64,000 nt of DNA from Eledone cirrhosa (taxonomy: Eukaryota): contig OZ024742.1 of NCBI GenBank assembly GCA_964016885.1, forward strand, positions 96,286,001 to 96,350,000, written 5' to 3'. Below, piece by piece: positions 43,585 to 55,619 of the stretch; the stretch's first letter is position 1, and each line of letters opens with the position of its first letter. The notes beneath the pieces were generated by a model. That model saw only the letters and a program-made list of their open reading frames with translations, was not told where the DNA came from and did not search any database. The translations under genes and the position numbers were made by a program.

Positions 43585-43905
43585 ATAATTGCTTCTACTT
43601 TTGGCACATAGCCAGCAATTATCCCAGTGTATTACTGGTAGTTTATTTTATCGACCCCATAAGGATGAAAGGCAAAGTTAACCTCGGCAGGATTTGAAAT
43701 CTGAATATAAAGGGTGTGGATTGACAATATCGGTAGAGCATCAGACACCATGCTTTGCAGCAGAGATTACGGCCCTTTATGGTTTGAGTTCAAATCCCGC
43801 TGAGGTTAACTTTGCCTTTCATCCTTATGGGGTTGATAAAATAAAGTACTAGTAATGCACTGGGATAATTGCTGGCCTTGTGCCAAAAATAGAAACAATT
43901 ATTAA
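43585..43905. mobile_element. Head-to-head inverted pair of SINE family 1 copies
   Basis: 43585-43710 is a minus-strand 3' half. 43715-43905 is a plus-strand full copy. Confidence 0.9.
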
Positions 43906-44323
43906 TGTCTTGTGAGCACTTGGTCTAGATACCAGCTGCTCAACTTTGGTCTCTGCTTAGCCCACACTTGTAGCTCAGTCAGTGAGATGAGCTGCAAGAA
44001 GCCATGTCACATGAAAAGTGCCCACACTAGTTGCACTTCACTTTCATTGCTGAGGTTAACTTTGCCTTTCATCCTTACGGAGTCGATAAAATAAAGTACC
44101 AGTAATGTACTGGGTAATTGCTGGCCTTGTGCCTAAAGTAGAAACAATTATCATCATTTTTGAAGTTTTTGAAGCAGTTCTACAGGTAGATTCACTGTAG
44201 CGCAAATCTGTGTATCACAACTGATGGAATCCCAAGGTTGCCATGGAGTGAATGCTGGTAACAGATGATGATAATAATAATAATAATAATAATAATAATA
44301 TTAATAATAATAATAATAATAAT

Positions 44324-44561
44324 GATTTCTTTATTAACCACAAGGGTTTACATAAAGTAGACATTAAGGACAATACAGAACGGTACAAATGGGCATTTCT
44401 GCATTTAAAAAAACAAAAACAGAGGATATAACAAAAAAATAACAATGAAAAATTCCCCAATAAGGGAGACTTCCGAGGGCCATCGTGGTGAAAGCCCATT
44501 AAAAAAAAGCCACGGTGACCCTGACCACAAGGGCAAGTGCCATCTCCCAGTTTTCCACTGT
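44324..44561 (-). mobile_element. Tx1/L1-like LINE 3' fragment between (TAA)n tracts
   Basis: Homologous to 46905-47130 and, inverted, to 6580-6836. (TAA)n at 44270-44323 and 44563-44580. Confidence 0.8.
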
Positions 44562-44580
44562 CAATAATAATAATAATAAT

Positions 44581-46170
44581 ACTCCTGTCCATTATATTGC
44601 AAAAAGTGAGAGCAGGATACAAGTTGGGAAGAGTTGAGCTTACCATCAACCACCTCCTCTTCATGGACGATCTTAAACTCTTTGGGAAGAGTGAGGAGGA
44701 GTTGGATGTACTTGTTGACACTGTCCGTATTTTCAGCAATGATATATGTATGCAATTTGGTATTAATAAGTGTGGAGTCCTAGTGATGAAGAGAGGTAAA
44801 TTGAGCAGAAGAAACAGAATCCAGGTACCAACAGGTGAGATGATAAATGAAATTGACACTGAAGAGGGATACAAATATTTAGGTGTTCTGGAGGCAAATG
44901 ACATCAAGAACAAAAAAATGAAGGAATTGATAAGATCTGAATACATAGGGAGAGTAAGGAGCGTATTAAAATCACATCTAAATAGTAGGAATGTCATAAG
45001 TGCAGTAAATTCCCGAGCTGTGTCTATTATTAGGTACAGTGTGGGAATTCTGAAATGGAATGTTGCTGAACAAAAAGAAATGGATAGGAAGACTAGGAAG
45101 ATATTGACTATCTACAACATGTTCCACAAGAGGAGTGATGTTGATAGACTCTACTTAAAGAGATCTAAAGGTGGAAGAGATCTTATCAGCATAGAGAACT
45201 GTGTTCAGATGGAGAAAAACAACCTGCACAAATACGTGACTGATAGTAAGGAGCCAATGCTCAAAATTGTACTGAAGGAGAAGACAATAGACCAGGGGAT
45301 GTCCAAGGAGAAAATAACAACAAGGAGGAAGAGTAACCTTCATGAAAAATCCCTTCATAGCACCTTCTTTAAGAAAACGGAATTTAGAGATCCACAGACA
45401 TGGAACTGGTTAAAAAGAGGAGACGTTAAAAAAGCTACAGAAGGAATGCTTATGGCTGTGCAAGAGCGAGCAGGCCCTCAGAACGAAGTGGGTGTAACAC
45501 GAATATTGACAAAGAGGAGGCTAGCTCACTGTGTAGGATCTGTGGAGAGAGAGGAAACTGTGGCTCACATTGTATCTGAGTGTAAACACCTAGCCCAGAC
45601 TCACTATAAAGGCTGAAGACATGATGTGATGGGCAGGGTGATCCACTGGCATCTATGCAAAGTAAACAATTTACCACATTCTGAGAAGTGGTATGAGCAT
45701 AATCCAGAGTCCGTGATAGAAAACGATCAGGTGAAGGTGCTATGGTATTTTAGGATACAGACGGACAAGAAATTAGAACACAATAGGCCTGACCTGGTGG
45801 TTTTGGACAAGGAAAAAAGATTGTACCGGATTGTAGATGTACCCTGCCCATTTGACACGAGAGTGCAAGAAAAGGAGTGGGAGAAACTTAACCGATACCA
45901 GGACTTAAAGTGGGAGTTAAAAAGGATTTGGAACTGCCATGAAATCAAGGTCGTCCCGATTGTCATACGCGCACTAGGTATTATCTCAAAGAGTTTCCAA
46001 GGATGGTTAAAGAAGATTAGTCCAGCCCCACCTTTTGGAACACTTCAAAAGGCAAGCTTGCTGGAAACCCTCCGATACATCCTGAATGTCTGAGGCTGCA
46101 GGTAATGTCTTGATATTCATTTCAACAAACTTTCCAGTTAAATAACATCAATGACTGAGAATCAAAGAAC
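44581..46170 (+). mobile_element. R4/Dong LINE family B, 5'-truncated, in (TAA)n
   Basis: HLLFMDDLKL, FGINKC, YKYLG and RLE NRPDLVV. Frameshift(s) near 45470-45550 and a TGA at 45614. Highly similar to 4761-6030. Confidence 0.93.
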
Positions 46171-46201
46171 AATAATAATAATAATAATAATAAATAATAA
46201 T

Positions 46202-46827
46202 GATTTCTTTATTGGCCACAAGAGCTGACATCAAGAAAAACATCACAGACGGAACAGGCGGTACAATGTGGGTTTTTGCGTGTAAATATTTTTATTATTT
46301 ATATAAGAAAAGAAAAAAATGACATAAAACATATATATATATATAAACAATAAAATGAAAATTGAAACAATGAAATATTCCCAATAGGGAGGAAACCTCC
46401 GAGGGTTACTCATGGCGAAAACCACACAAAAGACCACGGCCACCCTGACTACCAGGGCAAGCGCCCTCTCTCAATTTTTCCATCTCTCAAACTACAGACG
46501 TATATTCAGAGTGGTCCCGTTCACTCGGACCATTCTCGCTACATTCACCCACCTTTCAACAAACTTGCTAGAAAGCAGCACTTGCCTCTCCACCCTGATT
46601 TTCCCCTTCAAGTGAAACTTGAAAAAGTTAATTAGGGATTCGCCAAAGAGGAAAGTGTTTGTCTTTAATCCTTTTAACCTTGTCCACCACACAATCTCTT
46701 TCGCCATGGCCACCAGACAGATGAAAACCGCCTGCCCTTCCTCCTTGAAGGAAGACGGCGAGACCATCTGCACAATGGACTCAGTTGACAACCGGATCAG
46801 TCCCACACGCGACAGCAACTGTTCGAC
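46202..46827 (-). mobile_element. Tx1/L1-like LINE 3' portion (second subfamily)
   Basis: ORF 46492-46818 (LVAMAKEIVWWTR..FFKFHLKGKIRVER..FVERW) matches the AK..IW..R / F...W pattern of L1/Tx1 ORF2 C-termini. 3' end gctcttgtggccaataaagaaatc then (ATT)n. Confidence 0.75.
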
Positions 46828-46845
46828 ATAATAATGATAATAATG

Positions 46846-46903
<58 letters not shown>

Positions 46904-46905
<2 letters not shown>

Positions 46906-47328
46906 CTTTCTTTATTAACCACAAGGGTTTACACAAAGTAGACATTAAGGACAGTACAAATGGACATTTCTGCGTGTAAAAAACAAAAAAACAGAGGATG
47001 TAATAATAGAACAATGAAAAATTCCCCAATAGGGGGGAGACTTCCGAGGGCCATCGTGGAGAAAGCCCATTCAAAAAAGCCATGGTGACCCTGACCACCA
47101 GGGCAATTGTCCTCTCCCAGTTTTCCACCTTCAATTTACAGGCATATACTCAGAGTAGGTCCACTCACTCGGGCCATTCTTGCCTCTCTCACCCATCTTT
47201 CAACAAAAAACTGGGAAGAGAGCACCTCCCTCTCTACCCTGATTTTCCTTTTCAAATGAAATTGGAAAAAGTTAATCAGGGCATCACCGAAGAGGTAAGT
47301 GCTCATCTTCAGCCCTTTCAGACATGTC
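46904..47328 (-). mobile_element. Tx1/L1-like LINE 3' portion
   Basis: 47100-47320 is homologous to 46440-46680. Flanked by (TAA)n at 46828-46903 and 47330-47345. Confidence 0.8.
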
Positions 47329-47345
47329 CAATAATAACAATAATA

Positions 47346-47742
47346 AAGAATGTATCTATAAAAACATTTGAAAAATTGAGCAAGTATAAGGACCTAGAGA
47401 TAGAAATTGGAAAAATGTGGAAATTGCGAACTAAAACAATACCAGTGGTTGTAGGCGCACTAGGAATGATACCTAAGGGGTCTAATGATTACTTATCGCA
47501 AATCCCAGGAAATCCGTGTATAGGAGAAATACAAAAGATAGTACTAATGGGAACTGCCCATATACTAAGGAAGATTCTGTCAATATAAGTACATCACAAG
47601 TCTAAACACCTAGGGATGCATCCCTGTGTGAGTATGTATGTTCTTTCTTGAACATGGCGGACCTTGTTGTCTCTTGAGGTCACTGGTTGTGACTTGGTGA
47701 TAACTCGTATGAACATAAAGCAAGATAAATGCAACTATCATA
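47346..47742 (+). mobile_element. R4/Dong LINE family A, short 3' fragment
   Basis: KNVSIKTFEKLSKYKDLEIEIGKMWKLRTKTIPVVVGALGMIP is nearly identical to the minus strand of 1-130. Stop at 47588, then 3' UTR ending in taataat. Confidence 0.9.
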
Positions 47743-50482
47743 ATAATATAAAAAGGGAAAGTGGAGCAATTGTGCCTTTATATCTAAATACTTTCTTAGG
47801 GCATCTGGCATTGGTGAGAAGAATTGTAGAAAAAATTACAACAATGTTAGATTATTTTTATATCAGGAAGTTGGTTCAAATGCTGTCAACATAGTGAACT
47901 CTGCTATAAGCTCCTAATGGCCAGGTGGCTGTTTTAAGTCTTTTCTTACCAAACTGCCCCAAACTGCCAATAGTTCTATTATACCAATTTTTTGCTTTGA
48001 AAATATTAATATTCATATTTATCTTAATAAAATTTTATATAAGAACATTTTTTTTATCATATTCCAAACAGAAGCTATATAACGCGAGACTTAGGGATAT
48101 TAATAAATACTTCCAATTTCTTAATTGTCTTTAAATCATAGGCATGGTCATTTATAATAAAATATGATAATGAAAGGGTTAAAACAGGTATTCAGTATCC
48201 CACTAAACAGCAACCATCCAGTGGGCTTCTACAACTTTTCTGACTACCTAATTATATGTATAGTTTGACATAAGATTTTGATTAAAGACACTTGATCAAG
48301 GTGCTGTGCAGTAGAATCAAATGATGAATGATATGATTGCAAAGCAATTTTCGTATGCATATGGCTGTTTAATTCAAATCAGCATATTGTATAGTAGTAT
48401 CGGATGCAGGAATGGCTGAGTGGTTAAAACTTTTGCCTCACAATCATAGGATTCTCAGTTTGATTCTACTGAATGGCCTCTTGGGTAAATGTGTTTAATA
48501 CAGCTTCAGGCCAACCCAAGCATTATGAAATTGGCTACATATAGAAACTGTGTGGAAGCTTGTTGGATGGATAGTGTAACATTGATTAGACATGTCAATT
48601 ACATTAAGGTTATCTATACATATATGAAGGTAGTATGGCCTAATAATTAAGGAGTTTGCTTCACAATCATTAGGTCTTAGGATCAATTCCACTGTGTAGC
48701 ATTTTGGGTATCATTTACTATGATCTCAGGTTGACCCAAGCCTTATGAGGTGAGTGCAGTTGAAGAGATGGAAGCTGTTTTGAAGCCCTTTAGAATGGCT
48801 GTACCTGTAATTAATAAAGGCCAGCTTTGACATACAATGTGTCATGCTGAATCCCTCTGAGGTACAGGTGTTTGTGGAATGCTCAGCCATGTACATGTTC
48901 ACTTCATGAGCAAGCTGTTCTGTTGAGCATACAACTGGGACAACATTGTCAAAACCAAAGGAAATCCTTTCTTGAAGTGTATGTGGGGTATGTAGCCACA
49001 TACACATTAAGTAAACAAGTTTAATGTAATTTATTAAAGTGCTGAAAGCTCCACACCGAAACTAACGGAGGATCTTCCACCACCACCACCACCACCACCA
49101 CCACCACCACCACCACCACAATCATAGTAATGGAGCCTGTTGTCATTTGAACAGTCATATGCTCCCCTACTTGTGATGACAGCATAATGGTTAATAGCTT
49201 GAACTCTTGACCATATGATCATTTGCCCTTCACCTTAACTCCTCAAAGCATTGTGTTACATTGGAATTATGATTTGTAATTTTGTTCTATTCAGTTGAAG
49301 GTATTAGGGGAATGTTGTAGAAATGTTTGCATGATGTGATGTACATGTTCAACATTTTCTGCACTTTTCTGCATGAGTTTATCAAGGAATCCATTGATGC
49401 TCGTTAATCCGGAACAATGGAGGGTATCTTATTGAATTATCAACACCTTTTGCATGTCAACTTATACAATTATCAACTTTCCATGCTCTTTATATACACG
49501 ATTAAACAGCTAAGAATTGAGAGGTGGCAGCAGCAGTGGAATATATAACGAAATATCTTTACATTGTTATCTAGTCAACATAGATTAGTGGATGAACAGA
49601 TATTTCCCCACCATAGACTTTCCCATTCTAAAGTCTTGTTACATTATCCATTTTGCTGGGCCAACAGTGGTCACACAATAATTATTCCACGTTACCACCT
49701 TGACCTCCTGTCCAGTGTGACCTCTGTCCCATCATGCAATTTTGGAATCTTGCAGTAATCTAATATTCAACAAATATTGAATTAAATGATTCAATGAAAT
49801 AGAAATGTATTGATATAAAGTTATATTGGATAAAGTTACATTATGGACAGGTAATAAGGCATAGAGCTACCTTTTGTCTATGTAGTTCTTTTAAGAAAAG
49901 CCATAGCTGGTATTATCTAGATCAGTGTTTCAAAAAGTGGGTTCTGTGAGATAAGATCTCTTTTAATAAAATTTAATTAAAAACTGTTATTTTGTTATAT
50001 AAAAAGATTCTATCTCTAAAAATATTCTTTTCTGGATTAAATATACCACATCTCACCAGATTTCATTCTACTCATCCTGTCACAAAGTGAATTAGTTGGT
50101 AAATGTATTTCTCTTTTAATGAATAGGGTCTGTTCCAATATGACTTAATTGTAAAATATCTCTAGATATTGTTTTGCTGTCATGAAACAGATGACAGTCA
50201 GAGTATGAAAAGTTACCAGCTGTCAATTTTGTTGAAAATTAATTATCTGAATCAAGAAATTTGTTAAGGTCTAATAGAAACACTAACTTGCTAGCTGTAA
50301 AATTGTTTGATTTGGCAACACTTATAATATAAGCATAGAAATAAACAAAAAAATATTTTGCAACACAAAAAGTAGAATTCGCTGGATAAGGAACATAAAA
50401 ATATGTAACATAAAAAAATAGAAAAAAATTCAAAATGTACATTATATTAAATGCATCCATAAGTGTTTAGCAGGGTGGTTGT

Positions 50483-50747
50483 TGACTCTTTTATTACCAT
50501 ATTTCTAAAGACATTCCTTATGGTTTTCAAATCATTTTGAAAATAATCGAGAACTTGGAGTAATTAAGTAATATACAAGAAGTAACTCTGATTGTTATCA
50601 AGCTGGTGTTTGGAGCATAACTTAACAAAATTTCTTACATAAAATTATAATGGGAAGCTTTTAAAGAAATCTATACATCTTGAACCAAGCAGTTTCATAT
50701 CATAAAATCAAGGGCATTTTCAGGTGGTTTGGTGATGAAAGGGTTAA
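50483..50747. mobile_element. Possible piggyBac-type MITE; related decayed copies near 17975-18220, 39600-40020, 47900-48182, 50985-51170
   Basis: Right end ggtgatgaaaGGG|TTAA, degenerate left end ttgactcttttattaccatatttc. Internal ggtgtttgga.cataacttaac is shared with the 39.9-kb copy. Confidence 0.5.
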
Positions 50748-53520
50748 GTGAGGAGTAGCTGTAACAATAAAATCACAAGATATCAAACTCTGTGAAACTT
50801 TATTGATATTTAGGTCATCTACAATTAAATGTAGATAGTCGTAGAGGCACATTGATCTATATAACCCCCCCCCCCCATATATATTAAAACAAGTGAATAG
50901 AATTCATTCTCCATCAAGGAAAAACAGGAATTTAAAAATGACTTTAAAAATGACTAAATACAATGATGCCTATAATACCAATTTTAATCCTTTTGTTGCC
51001 AAACTACTTGAAGCTGCTTGCTTTTAAATGTTTATATTTATCTAAAAGAGTCCATCATAATTTTTAGTAAAAACCTTTAAGTTGTGCTCAAAACACCAAC
51101 TTTATAAAAAGAAAGTTAGTTATATTGTTAAAACTCTGAAAATTCTTTATTATTTTCAATTTAATTGAAACACACGTGTAGTGTTATGAAAGTTCTGATA
51201 ATTTGAAATTAATGTATTTGTGGTTGAGTATTCTATGTACACTTAATGTAATTCTCAGACAGAGTCAGCAAGACACAATATATGACAGGTTTCGACCTTT
51301 GAATTACAGGTTCAATCCATCCAATGGGGCTCTACATAGTTTCCATCTTGAGTTAACCTGAGGCTTTGACAAAATCATTTGCTCAAGATGCCATGCAGTA
51401 TGATCAAACTTATGGTCTTGTGACAACAAAGCTAAGTTTGTAACCACTCAAACATGCCTGAAAGGGGTAAATATCCTCTTGTAATTTTATCTAAGCCATA
51501 ATAATTGGAAAAAATGAATTTGAAAAATGATCATCAGCAGTTAGAAATGTGGCATGTCTCGTTGAGTCTTTTTGAGAAGTTCAGTAAACAGCACATGGAT
51601 GTAGAATCCTCAGCCACATACACATTAATTTCAGAAGCAGGCTGGTCCATTGATTGAATGAATTGGAACACTCATTATCAAAACCAGCAGAGGTTTAGCA
51701 ATATGCACATTTGTCTGGAATGCTCAACCGCTTACATATACATTCATGTGTCAGATGTTCCATCAATCAAACAACTGAATACACATCATAAAAATGGATG
51801 GAGTATCCATCATCATCACTACTATATACAATCTGACTAGTATGCAAATTGATATCCTTTAAGCTATAGTATATTATTATATCACTCATTGTATATCATT
51901 CCTTGCCTTCCAGGTATCATTCTTGATAGACGATCATGTATTAATCAAAATATATGATAGTGCACAAAGAATAGATAAGCAATGTAATTAGTATCAAATG
52001 TTTAATCTCTAATTAACAAAAGAGTTTTCATGTGTGCCATAGATATCAAACAATGTACTTTTAGTCAGAGGCAAACGTTATAAATTCTCTACTTTATATA
52101 TAGAACAGTGTATTTATACATGTTCATTATGGTAGTCAATTTTGATGCTAGTGAACGTAATGTTTCAAGACTGGTACATACATGAGTTTGTATGTGTTTA
52201 CTTTTTAGTTTAAGCACTCAATACACATACGTATGTATATTTGTAAATATAATGTATGGGCATTTTATCATGGTGCCAGCGCTACCACTTCCCAGAGTAG
52301 GATGGATGCATTTCATGGCACCAGCACTACTGCTTTACAGAAGATACTTTTTCTTAATATGGCATTAATGCATGTATATATGCATATATATGCATGTGTG
52401 TGAATGGCACATAATTGTTGTTTCCAGCATTTCGGGAGCTGCATCACTAATCAACAATCAGTATATCTAGCCAATGTTTAATTGTGTGGGGTAAATAATT
52501 AACAATTAAGATGGAATGATATTAATATTAGCCATGACTGATTTAAGCCACCTTAGATGGTCCTTGCTGTTATTTAAGGAGCTTCCCTCAAGGGAATCTC
52601 CCTTCGTTAGATAGGCCAGCACATTTGAAAGAAAGAACCAACTACAGGATATGCTAAAAGAAGAATGCTTAACTCAAAAGTGTTCATAGGGTCCTTACTC
52701 CAATTTTATGTTTCAAGGAGGGTCATTGACTTCTAGTTCAGTTCACAACCCTTATAATCTGCTAATTTTTTGTCCATGCACACTCCTCACACCCGGGTTA
52801 GGCCCTCACTGATTGTCTAACCATGAAATAGGTAATATTTGTTTACATGATGAGCTGATACACATCTATCAGACCTGTGTGTCTGTTTATCTGTCTCTAT
52901 CCATCCACACACTCTTACACTCATAAGTGTACATACCTAACTGCAATCTTGTTTTATCCATACAAACTCTTACATACATATAATATACATAACTGCAATC
53001 TGGTTTTACATCTTTTATCAATACATTTTTTAATATTTTCACATAAGTTCCTTACATTTTGTTTGAAGCAGTAAAGTTTTAAATCCAACATCAATGTCAC
53101 TAGACCTTTATTGTTTCCTATTCAAGATGAGGTGATGTTGGTATGTGTTGCTGCCTTTTTATAGTTGATGTTGGATCTCTGTTAGTATCAACAATGAGTG
53201 TTCATTTTGTTTGATCAACATAACAGCCTGCTCAGGGAATAAACTTCTAAGTAATTGAGCATTTCATAGACATGTATTACATAGTTCTGACAATTTTATT
53301 GTTTAACATTATATCTCTAACTCTCTATTTCTCAATGGCATGTGCAAGGATATCCTCTTTCCACAAAAAACAGATAACACTCTGCTTTGATTGAATACTC
53401 ACTTCAATACTATATCAGTTCTAAAATGGTTATAAATCCTACCCTGATTCATGAGTACATTATTCATGTTAATTTAATGTTTGGTGTAATATATTCTATG
53501 TTCTGTTTTATAAGATTTTT

Positions 53521-53712
53521 AATAATTGTTTCTACTTTAGGCACAAGGCCAGCAATCACCCAGTGCATTACTGGTACTTTATTTTATCGACCCCGTAAGG
53601 ATGAAAGGCAAAGTCAACCTCGGCGGGATTTGAACTCAGATCATAAAGGGACGTAACTATGCTGGAAAGCATGGCGTCCGACCCTCTACCGATACTCCCA
53701 ATCCACCGCCTA
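53521..53712 (-). mobile_element. SINE family 1 copy (young)
   Basis: Full unit. Flanking tataagatttttaataat occurs on both sides (53507-53526 and 53711-53728), consistent with a TSD. Confidence 0.92.
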
Positions 53713-54951
53713 TAAGATTTTTAATAATGTGTTAATCTCTTCTGTACTTAATATGCACTTGATTCATTCAATTCACTCTCTGTGTGGTTTGCTTATATTC
53801 TAATGGATGTTTTGTCAGCTGTATTGTGTATTTCTTCCTGCATTATTTTTTTGCTTGGTGTATTTTTCTGAAAACTTCTTGTTGGCTAGAGTGTCTTTTA
53901 TTGTGTATTCCTCTATTTAATGCCTCATTTGTTGATGAGAGTCTAAATGCTCAAGTTTCTTTTCACAGACATGATGTAGTTATAGGAATATTTTGTGCTT
54001 CCTGGTAAATATATGCATTTGTCATAAATATACAAGAACTCATTAGTGACAGATGGACACCATGACATTGATATGCATGGGTTTGCCATCAACTAAAACC
54101 TATCATCAACTAGTTCTGTATGGATGCAGGATGTTGCCTTGATGGTCTTTTAAATGTTATGCAGAATAGAAATGTTTAGTGGGATCATGTCAAACAAAAC
54201 AAGTCAAAAAACCTCGATTAGGTGATGGTGTTGATATATATTTATTTGTGTCTTTTGTGTAAATGGAAGTGGTGTATCTGTTATTTCATATTGAAATGTC
54301 TATGTATAAAAATTGGAGTAATTCTCTTACTAGTAGTTTTGTTTGTACAAATTTATTTGATGAATTTTAATATAGAATTGTTTTGTAAATCTTTCTTTAA
54401 TTTCTTGGTAGCTTCTGGTTTACCACAGCAGATTTATCATCCACATATCTGGTGTATGTCATATATTTATGTTTGTTACCACTTTGTGCTTTATTATGAC
54501 TATGTACAATATCACAAATATGGACCCTAAGAGAAAACCCAGGGATATTACATTTTCTATTTATTGTATGAAAGCTGTTTGTACATATAAAAAGTCAAAC
54601 TGGAGGGGTGAAATTAATAGTATGTACAAGAGAGAAAGACACTATAGTTGATTATTTTATGATTTTCAACCTTACTTTCTCCCCTATTATTCCATTCTTA
54701 CTTCTCCATATATACAAATATATGCTCTATCACTCTCATTCCATCCTTTCTTCTCCATCTCTCTCACATCTCTCATCATATGCTATATGCTATATTCCTT
54801 TCATTCTCTCTCTCTTCCTCATAAATTTGTTCTCTTTCTCTTCTTTCACTGCTCTTCAGTTCATCAAGAGATTTTGTTTAATGCAACTCTTTGCTGAGAT
54901 CATCATAGCAGCTGACTGTGTTACAGCTACTTCCATGTTCAAGATTCCTAA

Positions 54952-55025
54952 CTGTCTGATGACCCTGTGAGAAACAGGTGAACCTCCAGAGTAACAAGGC
55001 TCATTATTTTGCCTTTATAAAATGA
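54952..55025 (+). ncRNA. Degenerate type I hammerhead ribozyme motif (repeat copy 2)
   Basis: tgt-CTGATGA-c-cctgt-gagaa-acagg-t-GAAc-ctc-ca-gag-TA-aca. Stems I (tgt/aca), II and III pair, with a GUA cleavage triplet. Core A15.1 is replaced by C. Confidence 0.6.
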
Positions 55026-55222
55026 GTATATATCATATGTATATATATATATATAATGAAATAAAAAAATCAAGTCATTAGAGATATACTTCACTGCTTT
55101 ACGATCGTTTCTAGATGATGATAATATATTGTAGCTATACTCCGTTATTGATCTATGTAAGGTTAGTTACAAAATACCAGATAAAGAGAATATTTTCTTA
55201 CATGCATATCACCAGCTGTTTT

Positions 55223-55314
<92 letters not shown>

Positions 55315-55422
55315 GTAATAATAATAAATTTGAAGACTAAAATCCAAAGAGGGCTCGATAAGGATAAATATATATAAAATATATATATATATATTTATAT
55401 ATGTATAGATATATATATTTGC

Positions 55423-55489
<67 letters not shown>

Positions 55490-55588
55490 TGTATATATAT
55501 ATATAGATATTAGAATTGGTGCTCTGAAATAGCGATATATATATGAATGTATATATAGAGTATTGCAAAATACACTATATATACATTC

Positions 55589-55619
<31 letters not shown>

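Noticed and set aside
47082-47588. 168-aa ORF as a novel fusion gene (likewise 6219-6440 and the start of 44537-45616)
   Set aside because: Chance read-through from antisense Tx1 across an ATA repeat (poly-Ile, or poly-Asn at 6219) into a Dong fragment.
55090-55225. Minus-strand hammerhead (GAAAC-GATC-GTA half present at ~55099-55111)
   Set aside because: No CUGANGA box with a pairing stem I or II found nearby. At most a relic.
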